This document shows, piece by piece, positions 29,339-39,778 of a stretch of DNA of 64,000 nt. Location of the stretch: the NCBI GenBank assembly GCA_017484125.1, contig JAFUTV010000007.1:21875-85874 (forward strand), in the 5' to 3' direction. A program made the translations under genes and the position numbers. The DNA is from Bacilli bacterium (GTDB lineage Bacteria > Bacillota_I > Bacilli_A > RF39 > UBA660). Numbering within the stretch: position 1 is the first letter of the stretch; each line of letters starts with the position of its first letter. The notes beneath the pieces are model-generated. The model did no database searches. It was not told where the DNA came from and saw only the letters and a list, made by a program, of their open reading frames with translations.

Positions 29339-30652
29339 GTGAAAAATAATAAATTTTTAAAATCTACTTTAATTTTAATTGTTGGAAGTTTAATTACAAA
29401 AGTAATGGGCTTTATAATAAGAATACTTTATACAAGAATTATAGGAAGTGAAGGAATATCACTTTACACTTTAATTATGCCTACTTATTCTTTAATAGTA
29501 ACTATTGCTGGGTTTGCAATGCCAATAACTATCTCTAAATTAATATCTGAAGGTAAAATTAGAAGTAAAACAATCATGTCACAAGCAATTTTTATTTTGC
29601 TTACAATTAATATTATTACAATGCTTATTATTATTTTATCTAGTAATTTTATTTCTAATACATTACTTAATGAACCAAGAGTTAAAGTACTTTTAATTGG
29701 CGCTACTCTTTCTATGCCAAATATGGCATTAGCGTGTATATTAAAAGGATATTTTTATGGAATACAAAAAATGCTTCCAAATACAATATCTAATATAATA
29801 GAACAATCCATTAGAATTATTTTTATAATATTTTTCTTACCAAAAATAACTAATATATCAATTGAAGCCGGAATACTATCTTTTTTACTTATTAATATAT
29901 TAACTGAAGGAGCATCTATATTAACTTTTATATTTTTACTTCCTAAAAATGTAAATATATCTTTAAAAGATATTAAATATAACAAAGAAGTATCATTGCT
30001 TTTATTTAATGATTCTCTTCCATTAATATCAGGTAAAATAATAGGAAGTATAGGCTTTTTCTTTGAACCTATAATACTTTCAAATACATTTTTATTAATG
30101 GGATATCCATCTAATTATTTTACTTTAGAATATGGAATATATAATGGATATGCTCTTTCTTTACTTATGATGCCATCTTTTATTATTGCTTCTTTATGTA
30201 CGGCATTAATTCCTGAAATATCTAAATACTATGCAAAAGGAAATATTAAACATGTTAAAAAAAGAATAAAACAATCCCTAATAATATCTTTTATATTTGG
30301 ACTTATTATTACTATATTTATATTTATTAAAAGAGATTATTTACTTAATCTTTTATATAATACTAATAAAGGATCAAATTATATAGCTTTTCTATCTATC
30401 TTTTTTGTTCTTTACTATTTAGAAGCACCATTATCATCCATACTACAAGCATTAAATTATTCTAAATTTACTATGAAAACAACTACAATTGGTGTAATAA
30501 TTAAACTTATACTTATGTTTTTATTATCACTATTAAAAATAGGCTTATATTCTTTAGTTATTGCTGAAGCAATAAATATAATATATATAGTTTATAAAAA
30601 TTATAATAAAATAAAGAAAATAATAAAGAAAAAAGAAATATTATTAAATTAA
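29339..30652 (+). CDS. spoVB: MOP-superfamily flippase, SpoVB-like
   Basis: FLKSTLILIVGSLITKVMGFIIRI, ISNIIEQSIRI, many TMs; syntenic with comN and yrbG. Confidence 0.75.
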   Translation: MKNNKFLKSTLILIVGSLITKVMGFIIRILYTRIIGSEGISLYTLIMPTYSLIVTIAGFAMPITISKLISEGKIRSKTIMSQAIFILLTINIITMLIIILSSNFISNTLLNEPRVKVLLIGATLSMPNMALACILKGYFYGIQKMLPNTISNIIEQSIRIIFIIFFLPKITNISIEAGILSFLLINILTEGASILTFIFLLPKNVNISLKDIKYNKEVSLLLFNDSLPLISGKIIGSIGFFFEPIILSNTFLLMGYPSNYFTLEYGIYNGYALSLLMMPSFIIASLCTALIPEISKYYAKGNIKHVKKRIKQSLIISFIFGLIITIFIFIKRDYLLNLLYNTNKGSNYIAFLSIFFVLYYLEAPLSSILQALNYSKFTMKTTTIGVIIKLILMFLLSLLKIGLYSLVIAEAINIIYIVYKNYNKIKKIIKKKEILLN

Positions 30653-30659
30653 TATTTCT

Positions 30660-33600
30660 TTATCTTCTTGTAAGATATCCAGGACTAGATGTTCCACCAT
30701 CTATTCTTGCATACGTTTTGTCAGTATATGATGAATTATATCTTGTTCCTGAACCTCCGACAAGACTTGATGCAGATGAAAACATTGTGTCACTCTTTGT
30801 AACATTACTCATATTCCATTTATTACCAACATATATTGTTTTTAAGTTAATACTGCTTTGAAACATTCCACGATAACTATCGGAACCATAATAGGAAGCA
30901 GACCAAGAACCATCAAAAGCATCAATATCTACATAGTTACTTGTTTTTTTAAGATTTGATGTATCAAAATTACTTAAATCCAGACTCGTTAAACCATTCA
31001 TTCCATAAAACATACCTGACATATCAGTTACCTTTGAAGTATTAAAATTACTCAAATTAATTGATGAAATTCTATATAAACCGCCAAACATATGAGCCAT
31101 ATTTTCAACATTTGAAGTATTAAAATTTGATATATTAATACTATTAAGTCCAAACATATTCCAAAACATTCCTAACATACTTCGAACATTTTCAGTATTA
31201 AAATGATTAACTGATAAGCTATTCAACTTTTGAACGTCTGCAAACATACCAGCCATATCAACTACACTTGATGTATCAAATGAACTTAAATCTAGACTTG
31301 TTAAACTACTCATTCCATAAAACATACCACACATGAGTGTTACCTTTGAAGTATTAAAATTACTTAAATCCAAAGATGTTATTTTATAATCATTATTAAA
31401 CATAATAGCCATATTTGTTACTTTTGAGGTATCAAAATTACTAATATTTAAACTTGTTAGACTATTCATGTTAGAAAACATAGATCTCATATTTGTTACT
31501 TTTGAGGTATTAAAATCACTTACATCAATACTTGTTAATTTGCGCATTCCAGAAAACATATAACTCATATCTTCAACATTTGATGTAATAAATTTATTTT
31601 TAAAATTTAGGCTTGTTAAACTACTCACTCCATCAAACATATGAGCCATATTTGTTACTTTTGAGGTATCAAAATTATTTCCTAAATTTAGGTTTGTTAA
31701 GCCACTCATTCCATTAAACATAGAACCCATATTTGTTACTTTTGAAGTATTAAATGAACTAACATCAAGGCTTGTTAAACTACTCATTCCATTAAACATA
31801 CCAAACATAGATGTTACATTTGAGGTATTAAAATTATTTAAATTTAAAGATGTTAATTTACGTACATTACTAAACATACTAGTCATATTAGTTACTTTTG
31901 AGGTATTAAAATTATTTCCAAGATTTAAACTTGTTAAGCCATTCATTTCATAAAACATATAACTCATATTTGTTACATTTGTTGTATTAAATGTACTTAA
32001 ATCTATACTTGTTATTTTGCTCATTCCATAAAACATGGCATACATATCTGTTACATTTGAGGTATCAAATTCATTTCCAAAAGTCAAATTAGTCAGACTT
32101 TTTGTATTAGAAAACATTGAAGCCATTTTGTCTGTAAATTGTGATGATATTCCAGATAAATCAATTTTTTCGATACCCTTCATATAATAAAATAAAGACG
32201 AACTAGAGCTGCCAAATCTAACATTATCAGTATCAGAATACCAATAAACATTACCATTTTCAATATAAGCATATATTGGAATAGATGAATTACTTGAAGA
32301 AATTTCTATATATGTTGATTTTAATACACTGCTTCTTTGAAAACTCTTAATTATTGTATCATCTGAGTAAAATTCAACATTTTTACCAGCTGCTAATGAT
32401 TTTAATTTTCGATTAATAGCTGCTCCACTATCAAATTCTGCATATGCATTTGGATCAATTTTTTTAGATAAATAACCTGGATTAGATGTTCCACCATCAA
32501 TATGTGCGTATAATTTATCTATATGAGCGTAGGTATATTTTGTACCTTTTGAACCAACAATATTATAAGACATAGAGAACATATCAACACTATTTGCACT
32601 AGTTACTTTATCCATTGTCCATTTATCATCAACATAAATTGTTTTTAAATTGTTGCATTCACCAAACATCCCATGAGAAGTATTTCCTGGGCCATAAGCA
32701 AACTTTCTATTATTTGCAAAAAATTCATAATTATCATGTGTTTGTACTACATTAGAAGTATCAAATGTGCTTAAATCCAGTTCAGTTATTTTATCCATAC
32801 TCCAAAACATACCTGACATATTAGTAACATTAGATGTATCAAAACTACTTAAATCCAGAGATGTTATATTGTCCATATTTACAAACATATTGGCCATATT
32901 GGTTACTTTTGAAGTATTAAAATTTGATAAATCCAATATATTTATATTTTTTGATTCTGCAAACATACCACTCATATTTGTTACGTTAGAAGTATTAAAA
33001 TTCTTGATAGATAAATTATTTAGTTTTGAAATGTTATAAAACATAGCTGCCATATCTGTTACCTTAGATGTATCAAAACTACCAATGTTAATATTTGTTA
33101 ACTTACTCATTCCATGAAACATAGCTGACATATCTGTTACGTTTGAGGTATTAAAATTACTTAAGTTTAATTCAGATACTCCACAATCACTAAACATTAA
33201 TTGCATATTTGTTACTTTTGAGGTATTAAAATTGTTTACATTTAATTCCATTAATGAAGACGTTGCACTAAACATAGCACCCATATTAGTAACATTTGAG
33301 GTATTAAAACCACTTACATCTATGCTAGTTAACCGAGACATATTAGAAAACATGAATTCCATATTATAAACACTAGAAGTATCAAATTTATCACCTAAAT
33401 CTAAACTAGATAATGAATTAAAATAAAACATTGAACCCATATCAAGAACATTAGAAGTATTAAATTTATCACCTAAATCTAAACTTGTTAATTTTCTCAT
33501 CCAACCAAACATATAATACATGTTAATAACAAGAGAAGTATCAAATTTATTTCCTAAATCTAGACTTGTTAATCCCATTCCATGAAACATGTCACCCATA

Positions 33601-34847
33601 TTTATTACTTTTGAAGTATCAAATTTATCTCCTAAATCTATGTTTGTTAAACTACTCATTCCAGAAAACATACCATACATATTTAATGTATTAGATGAAT
33701 CAATATCTTTTATATCTATTGTTTTTATTCCTGTAAATTCTTTAAACATATATGAACTATCTTTATTATAATAGATTTCTTCTGCTTCAGTATACCAATA
33801 TATATTTGTGCCATCAAGCCATGCATATATTGGTTCTTTTGAATCACTTGATGATATTATTACACTACGTATTTTTTGTTCGTTAGACATTGTACTTGCT
33901 CTTTGAAATGATGATATTATATTATCAGTTGATGAATAACTTGAAACACTACTTCCTTTTGCTAAAGTTTTTAATTTAGTATTAAAACTCTTTCCTGTAT
34001 CAAATGTAGCTGTTCCTACAACATACTCTTCTTCTTCGTCTTCTTCTTGTGCTCTTTTACTTAATTTTGTATTACTATAATAATTTCTTATTATTTGTCT
34101 TTGACATATTCCATCTACATCTTCTTTATATCCATCTGGACATACTAAGGCTCCTTGTTTTTTTACTTTTGTTATTGTATCGTCTTTATCATATTCTTTT
34201 TCTTCATATTCTACTATGATACGATAATCTCCATCACTTTTTCCTGATAATGTTCTTAAATAATAGATCATGTTAGTATTCATTGTATATAATGCTTCAT
34301 ATTTACGATAGTTTTCTGGATTATTTTTATTACATGATGAAGCTATACCACCTCTTGTGGTACATAATTTTAAATCATTTACATTATAATTGGTTATATA
34401 TACATTTTTTACTCCTAGATTGCTTAACATTGTTTCACAAAATGTTAGTTTTACATACTCTGAATTTGGTAAATTTGCTGTTGATGCTGTAAGATTATTA
34501 TCTATCAATCCCTGATTGGTAGTATTTCCATCTATTTTATAAAGGTTTGGATTATTACAACTAAATTGTTGTATTTTTTTACCACCATGGATAATATTAC
34601 CTGATGCATCTTTTACTTCTTCACCTAAATAATAATCTAACCAATCTTCTATATTTAAAGATGTTAAAAAATCTTCTATATAATATGTTCTATAAATATA
34701 TGCAACATCATTATATGTTGCTCTTCTTTTATCGTTTGCTAATAGTGAAGAAAAAGAAGAATAGATTGCTACTAAACCTATTGTTAAAACTACTACTACT
34801 ACTATTGTTTCGACAAGAACAAATCCCTTTTTCTTCATAGTTTTCAC
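30660..34847 (-). CDS. prepilin-leader BspA/DUF285 leucine-rich-repeat surface protein, 1395 aa
   Basis: KKKG|FVLVE class III signal; dozens of repeats of about 25 aa (FDTSNVTNMxxMF); two modules each ending IDGGTSxPGYL. Confidence 0.85.
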   Translation of the reverse strand: MKTMKKKGFVLVETIVVVVVLTIGLVAIYSSFSSLLANDKRRATYNDVAYIYRTYYIEDFLTSLNIEDWLDYYLGEEVKDASGNIIHGGKKIQQFSCNNPNLYKIDGNTTNQGLIDNNLTASTANLPNSEYVKLTFCETMLSNLGVKNVYITNYNVNDLKLCTTRGGIASSCNKNNPENYRKYEALYTMNTNMIYYLRTLSGKSDGDYRIIVEYEEKEYDKDDTITKVKKQGALVCPDGYKEDVDGICQRQIIRNYYSNTKLSKRAQEEDEEEEYVVGTATFDTGKSFNTKLKTLAKGSSVSSYSSTDNIISSFQRASTMSNEQKIRSVIISSSDSKEPIYAWLDGTNIYWYTEAEEIYYNKDSSYMFKEFTGIKTIDIKDIDSSNTLNMYGMFSGMSSLTNIDLGDKFDTSKVINMGDMFHGMGLTSLDLGNKFDTSLVINMYYMFGWMRKLTSLDLGDKFNTSNVLDMGSMFYFNSLSSLDLGDKFDTSSVYNMEFMFSNMSRLTSIDVSGFNTSNVTNMGAMFSATSSLMELNVNNFNTSKVTNMQLMFSDCGVSELNLSNFNTSNVTDMSAMFHGMSKLTNINIGSFDTSKVTDMAAMFYNISKLNNLSIKNFNTSNVTNMSGMFAESKNINILDLSNFNTSKVTNMANMFVNMDNITSLDLSSFDTSNVTNMSGMFWSMDKITELDLSTFDTSNVVQTHDNYEFFANNRKFAYGPGNTSHGMFGECNNLKTIYVDDKWTMDKVTSANSVDMFSMSYNIVGSKGTKYTYAHIDKLYAHIDGGTSNPGYLSKKIDPNAYAEFDSGAAINRKLKSLAAGKNVEFYSDDTIIKSFQRSSVLKSTYIEISSSNSSIPIYAYIENGNVYWYSDTDNVRFGSSSSSLFYYMKGIEKIDLSGISSQFTDKMASMFSNTKSLTNLTFGNEFDTSNVTDMYAMFYGMSKITSIDLSTFNTTNVTNMSYMFYEMNGLTSLNLGNNFNTSKVTNMTSMFSNVRKLTSLNLNNFNTSNVTSMFGMFNGMSSLTSLDVSSFNTSKVTNMGSMFNGMSGLTNLNLGNNFDTSKVTNMAHMFDGVSSLTSLNFKNKFITSNVEDMSYMFSGMRKLTSIDVSDFNTSKVTNMRSMFSNMNSLTSLNISNFDTSKVTNMAIMFNNDYKITSLDLSNFNTSKVTLMCGMFYGMSSLTSLDLSSFDTSSVVDMAGMFADVQKLNSLSVNHFNTENVRSMLGMFWNMFGLNSINISNFNTSNVENMAHMFGGLYRISSINLSNFNTSKVTDMSGMFYGMNGLTSLDLSNFDTSNLKKTSNYVDIDAFDGSWSASYYGSDSYRGMFQSSINLKTIYVGNKWNMSNVTKSDTMFSSASSLVGGSGTRYNSSYTDKTYARIDGGTSSPGYLTRR
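30700..33800 (-). repeat. degenerate tandem coding repeats (about 75-78 nt) plus module duplication
   Basis: Recurrent TTTGAGGTATTAAAATT / GTATCAAA motifs; the 16-mer TAGATGTTCCACCATC occurs at 30686-30701 and 32483-32498, the ends of the two modules. Confidence 0.8.
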
Positions 34848-34920
34848 TTCCTATTATATATATAATAACATAAAAAAAATATTTATTAAATAAAAAAATA
34901 ATAAGAATTATTAATTCTTA

Positions 34921-35121
34921 TTATTTTATACCTTTGTTAAAGTTTCTTACACAATAATACATTAATATACCTGATATAATAAGTAAACCATAGAATCCTA
35001 CCTTTATATTTTGATATCTTATCATATTAACAGCAAGTAAACTAAAAGCAAAGATTAGATAAGTCATGACAACTAGTATTAAATCAAATACTAAAGTCTT
35101 TTTATGACCTCTCACAAACAA
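34921..35121 (-). CDS. small membrane protein, 66 aa
   Basis: Two TM segments; GGGGG RBS. Confidence 0.6.
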   Translation of the reverse strand: MFVRGHKKTLVFDLILVVMTYLIFAFSLLAVNMIRYQNIKVGFYGLLIISGILMYYCVRNFNKGIK

Positions 35122-35209
35122 AACCCCCTAATTTTTTTCTTCGTGTAATTTATGTAAGTGTATCAATTATAGCACAAAATATTAAATATGTCAAATTTGA
35201 TACAAATAT

Positions 35210-35863
35210 TTATTTAATAGTATCACTTTTTTTAATTATAAATAATGTATTTCCTTTATAAAATGCATAAAATATGTCTTTATAATCTAAGTCTTTTTCA
35301 TATATTTTTTTATTTAACCAAGTTTTAGTTTTATTAATTGCCTTTAAAGTATCTTTTTGAATATCTCCATCAATTATTAATGGCATAGGATAATTACTTT
35401 TTAAATGTAATATATTATATGGAAATATAGATAATTTTCCATTATGTTCTAAAAATGCATATTCTATTTCTTCAATAGATTTTATGGAATTTTGTCTTAA
35501 TTGTAATAATAAATCATCTATTGGATATCTTAATTTTACCATTTCTTTATAATTTAATTTTCCATTTTGAATAATTAATGATGGTTTACCATCAAATATT
35601 TCTCTAACTACTTTAGATTTAACAGAAAAATATGCTAAAGATATCTCTATAATAACTAATATTACTATTGGAACAATAGTATTAAGTAAATTATCATTAA
35701 AGTTTTCTATAGATATTGCTACAAGCTCAGCAATAAGAATAGATATTATTAAATCTATAACGCCTAGTTGTCCTACTTCTCTTTTTCCCATTATTCTATA
35801 AGCTAATGCTATAAAAAAATAAAAAAGTATTGTTCTTAAAGATATACTTAATATATCTTGCAT
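35210..35863 (-). CDS. DUF421 (YetF/YrbG) membrane protein
   Basis: RIMGKREVGQL, GKPSLIIQNGK, EYAFLEHNGKLS, LIIDG. Confidence 0.88.
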   Translation of the reverse strand: MQDILSISLRTILFYFFIALAYRIMGKREVGQLGVIDLIISILIAELVAISIENFNDNLLNTIVPIVILVIIEISLAYFSVKSKVVREIFDGKPSLIIQNGKLNYKEMVKLRYPIDDLLLQLRQNSIKSIEEIEYAFLEHNGKLSIFPYNILHLKSNYPMPLIIDGDIQKDTLKAINKTKTWLNKKIYEKDLDYKDIFYAFYKGNTLFIIKKSDTIK

Positions 35864-35934
35864 ATATATCACCATTATTATTATGAGTAATAAAATAATA
35901 ATTTAAACATATATTTTTTATTAAGGTGATACTA

Positions 35935-36279
35935 ATGATTAAATTTAAAAAATATTTTATATTAGGTTTATTATTTATCCTATTTAATTTATTTATTAGT
36001 TTAATATATTTAATAAGTAATATTTCATATAATAGTATTTCATCAATAATATTAATATTTAATTTAATTTATTTTGCTATTATAGGATTTATAGTTGCTA
36101 AAAAAAGCAATAGTAAGGGTATAATTATTGGAATTAAAACAAGTATTATTATTATTTTAATATTACTTTTTCTTAGTTTAATATTAAAACTGTTAAGTAT
36201 TAAATCTATAATTTATTATTTACTAATTTTTTTATCTGTAATATTAGGTAGTATTATTTCTAAAAATATAAAAAGATAG
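35935..36279 (+). CDS. small membrane protein (YrzE/TIGR04086-like)
   Basis: Four TMs, GFIVAKKSNSKGIIIG; syntenic between tgt and yrbG. Confidence 0.65.
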   Translation: MIKFKKYFILGLLFILFNLFISLIYLISNISYNSISSIILIFNLIYFAIIGFIVAKKSNSKGIIIGIKTSIIIILILLFLSLILKLLSIKSIIYYLLIFLSVILGSIISKNIKR

Positions 36280-37702
<1,423 letters not shown>

Positions 37703-37724
37703 TCACTTCCATAAGTTAAAATAA

Positions 37725-37952
37725 TTATTCTTCAGTTGGTATTTCAAAGTTTTCTAAATTACCATTTTCTTTTAATATTTTATTTACTTCTTCAGTTGCT
37801 TTAGTTAATTTATCACCACATACTTTTACTAATTTCATGGCATCACTATATTTTTTTATGGCTTTATCTAAGTCAACTTCGCCACTTTCTAATTCTTTAA
37901 CTATAGCTTCAAGCTCACTTAAAGAATCCTCAAATGTTTTTTCTTTTTCCAT
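37725..37952 (-). CDS. xseB: exodeoxyribonuclease VII small subunit
   Basis: TFEDSLSELEAIVKELESGEVDLDKAI; follows xseA. Confidence 0.93.
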   Translation of the reverse strand: MEKEKTFEDSLSELEAIVKELESGEVDLDKAIKKYSDAMKLVKVCGDKLTKATEEVNKILKENGNLENFEIPTEE

Positions 37953-39221
37953 TTATTTTTCCTCCGTTTCTAAAACTGTTGCTTTAATTATTCCTTTTGA
38001 TAATGTTATTTCAATTTTATCTTTTTCTTTTACATCTTTTATATCCTTAATTACTTTATCTTTTAATTTTACAACACTAAACCCTTTATCTAATATTTTT
38101 AATGGATTTAACAATTCCACTTTATTAAGTAATACTTCAAATTGATGATATTTTTTTATAAATAAATTCTCTGGATTATTTAAAATATTTGCTGCAATAA
38201 TATTATTATATTTTAAACTTTCATTTTCAATTATATTATTAATATATTTATTTAAAGTTACTATTATATTATCTAATTTTTGTTCTTTTATTTCATATAG
38301 TGATAAAGGGTTTTTTAACACAAAAGTATTTTTTATATTATCTAATTTAATAGTATTTTTATGTATTTGATTATTAATTCCTTCATTTAATCTAATCTTA
38401 TACTGATTAATAAGATTAATAATATCTAGTGAGTTTGGAACTGCCATTTCAGCTGCACCTGTTGGTGTTGGTGCACGAAGATCCGCGACAAAATCTGCAA
38501 TTGTAAAATCAACTTCATGTCCTACTGCACTTATTATTGGAATTTTAGATTTAAATATTGCATCTGCAACAATTTCTTCATTAAACGCCCATAAATCTTC
38601 AATAGATCCTCCACCTCTACCACATATAATTACATCTAAGTCATATTCTTGAGCAGTTTCAATTTGTTTTACTATGGATTCTTTTGCTCCAACTCCTTGT
38701 ACAAGTGCTGGAAAAAGTATCGTTTGACAAATTGGATATCTTCTTTTAATGGTTGATAGTATATCTCTTATTGCTGCACCAGTTGGAGCAGTAATAATTC
38801 CTATTTTAGTAGGATATTTAGGAATTGGTTTCTTATATTTATCATCAAACATTCCTTTTTCTAAAAGTTTTTTCTTTAATTTTTCATATTCTAAATAAAG
38901 ATTGCCAAGTCCATCTTGCTGCATATTATCAATGTAAATTTGATAATTTCCTGTTGCTTCATAAACTGATATTCTTCCACTTACTAATACTTTCATACCA
39001 TCTTCTGGTTCAAAATTTAATGATTTAGTTGAAGAAGCAAACATTACAGCTAATATTCTTGCATTCTCATCCTTTAATGTAAAATATAAATGTCCTCTTG
39101 TATGATGTTTAAAATTAGAGATTTCACCTTTAATATATACTCTATTTAGATGAGTATCCATATCAAATTTAGCTTTGATATATCTAGTCAAATCAGATAT
39201 TGTTACATATTTGATATTCAT
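37953..39221 (-). CDS. xseA: exodeoxyribonuclease VII large subunit
   Basis: GEISNF, GHLYFTLKD, GRGGGSIEDLWAFNEE, SAVGHEVD, RAPTPTGAAE. Confidence 0.96.
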   Translation of the reverse strand: MNIKYVTISDLTRYIKAKFDMDTHLNRVYIKGEISNFKHHTRGHLYFTLKDENARILAVMFASSTKSLNFEPEDGMKVLVSGRISVYEATGNYQIYIDNMQQDGLGNLYLEYEKLKKKLLEKGMFDDKYKKPIPKYPTKIGIITAPTGAAIRDILSTIKRRYPICQTILFPALVQGVGAKESIVKQIETAQEYDLDVIICGRGGGSIEDLWAFNEEIVADAIFKSKIPIISAVGHEVDFTIADFVADLRAPTPTGAAEMAVPNSLDIINLINQYKIRLNEGINNQIHKNTIKLDNIKNTFVLKNPLSLYEIKEQKLDNIIVTLNKYINNIIENESLKYNNIIAANILNNPENLFIKKYHQFEVLLNKVELLNPLKILDKGFSVVKLKDKVIKDIKDVKEKDKIEITLSKGIIKATVLETEEK

Positions 39222-39248
39222 ATTTCACCTCATCTTCCATAAATACTT

Positions 39249-39650
39249 TTATTTTTCTTTTAAAATTTTATCTAATACTGCATTAATAATTTTTCTAACA
39301 CTATTATCACTATATTTTTTAGCAAGTTCAACGGCTTCATTAATAGCAACAATATCGGGTGTATCAGTGTAATTTAATTCATATATACCTATTTTAAGTA
39401 TTGCTGCACCTGTTTTATCTAATCTATCTATTGTCCAATTTTTAGCTATATACTTATTTGCAAGTTTAATAATATCATCTTCATGTGTAATTATTCCATA
39501 TACTAAGTCTCTAACAAATTCATTATCAACTTCTAAGTTACTAGATATTATTTCTTCAATATTATAATTAATATTTTGACTTTTACATATATCAATTTGG
39601 TATAAAATAACCATTGCATTTTCTCTTAATTCACTTCTTGATTTAATCAT
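39249..39650 (-). CDS. nusB: transcription antitermination factor NusB
   Basis: [37 protein letters not shown]. Confidence 0.93.
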   Translation of the reverse strand: MIKSRSELRENAMVILYQIDICKSQNINYNIEEIISSNLEVDNEFVRDLVYGIITHEDDIIKLANKYIAKNWTIDRLDKTGAAILKIGIYELNYTDTPDIVAINEAVELAKKYSDNSVRKIINAVLDKILKEK

Positions 39651-39778
39651 TTTTTATAACCTCATTTCTATAAAGTTTTTTATTAATATTATAAGTTTAA
39701 TTATACCACTTATAAGTAGTTTTAGTCTACAATTATTTAATTCTTATTAATATTAAAAAATATGAGATTAACTCATAT

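Noticed and set aside
20156-29985. Short ORFs at 20156, 22843, 23502, 25867, 26952 and 29755
   Set aside because: All lie antisense within gatA, hisS, the TPR gene, relA or spoVB.
30700-33800. Possible CRISPR array or DGR variable/template repeats
   Set aside because: Repeats are degenerate, in-frame and encode LRR units; no constant repeat with unique spacers, no cas genes, no reverse transcriptase, no adenine-specific divergence seen.
32767-34840. Short + ORFs within the DUF285 gene
   Set aside because: Antisense frames kept open by the repetitive coding sequence.
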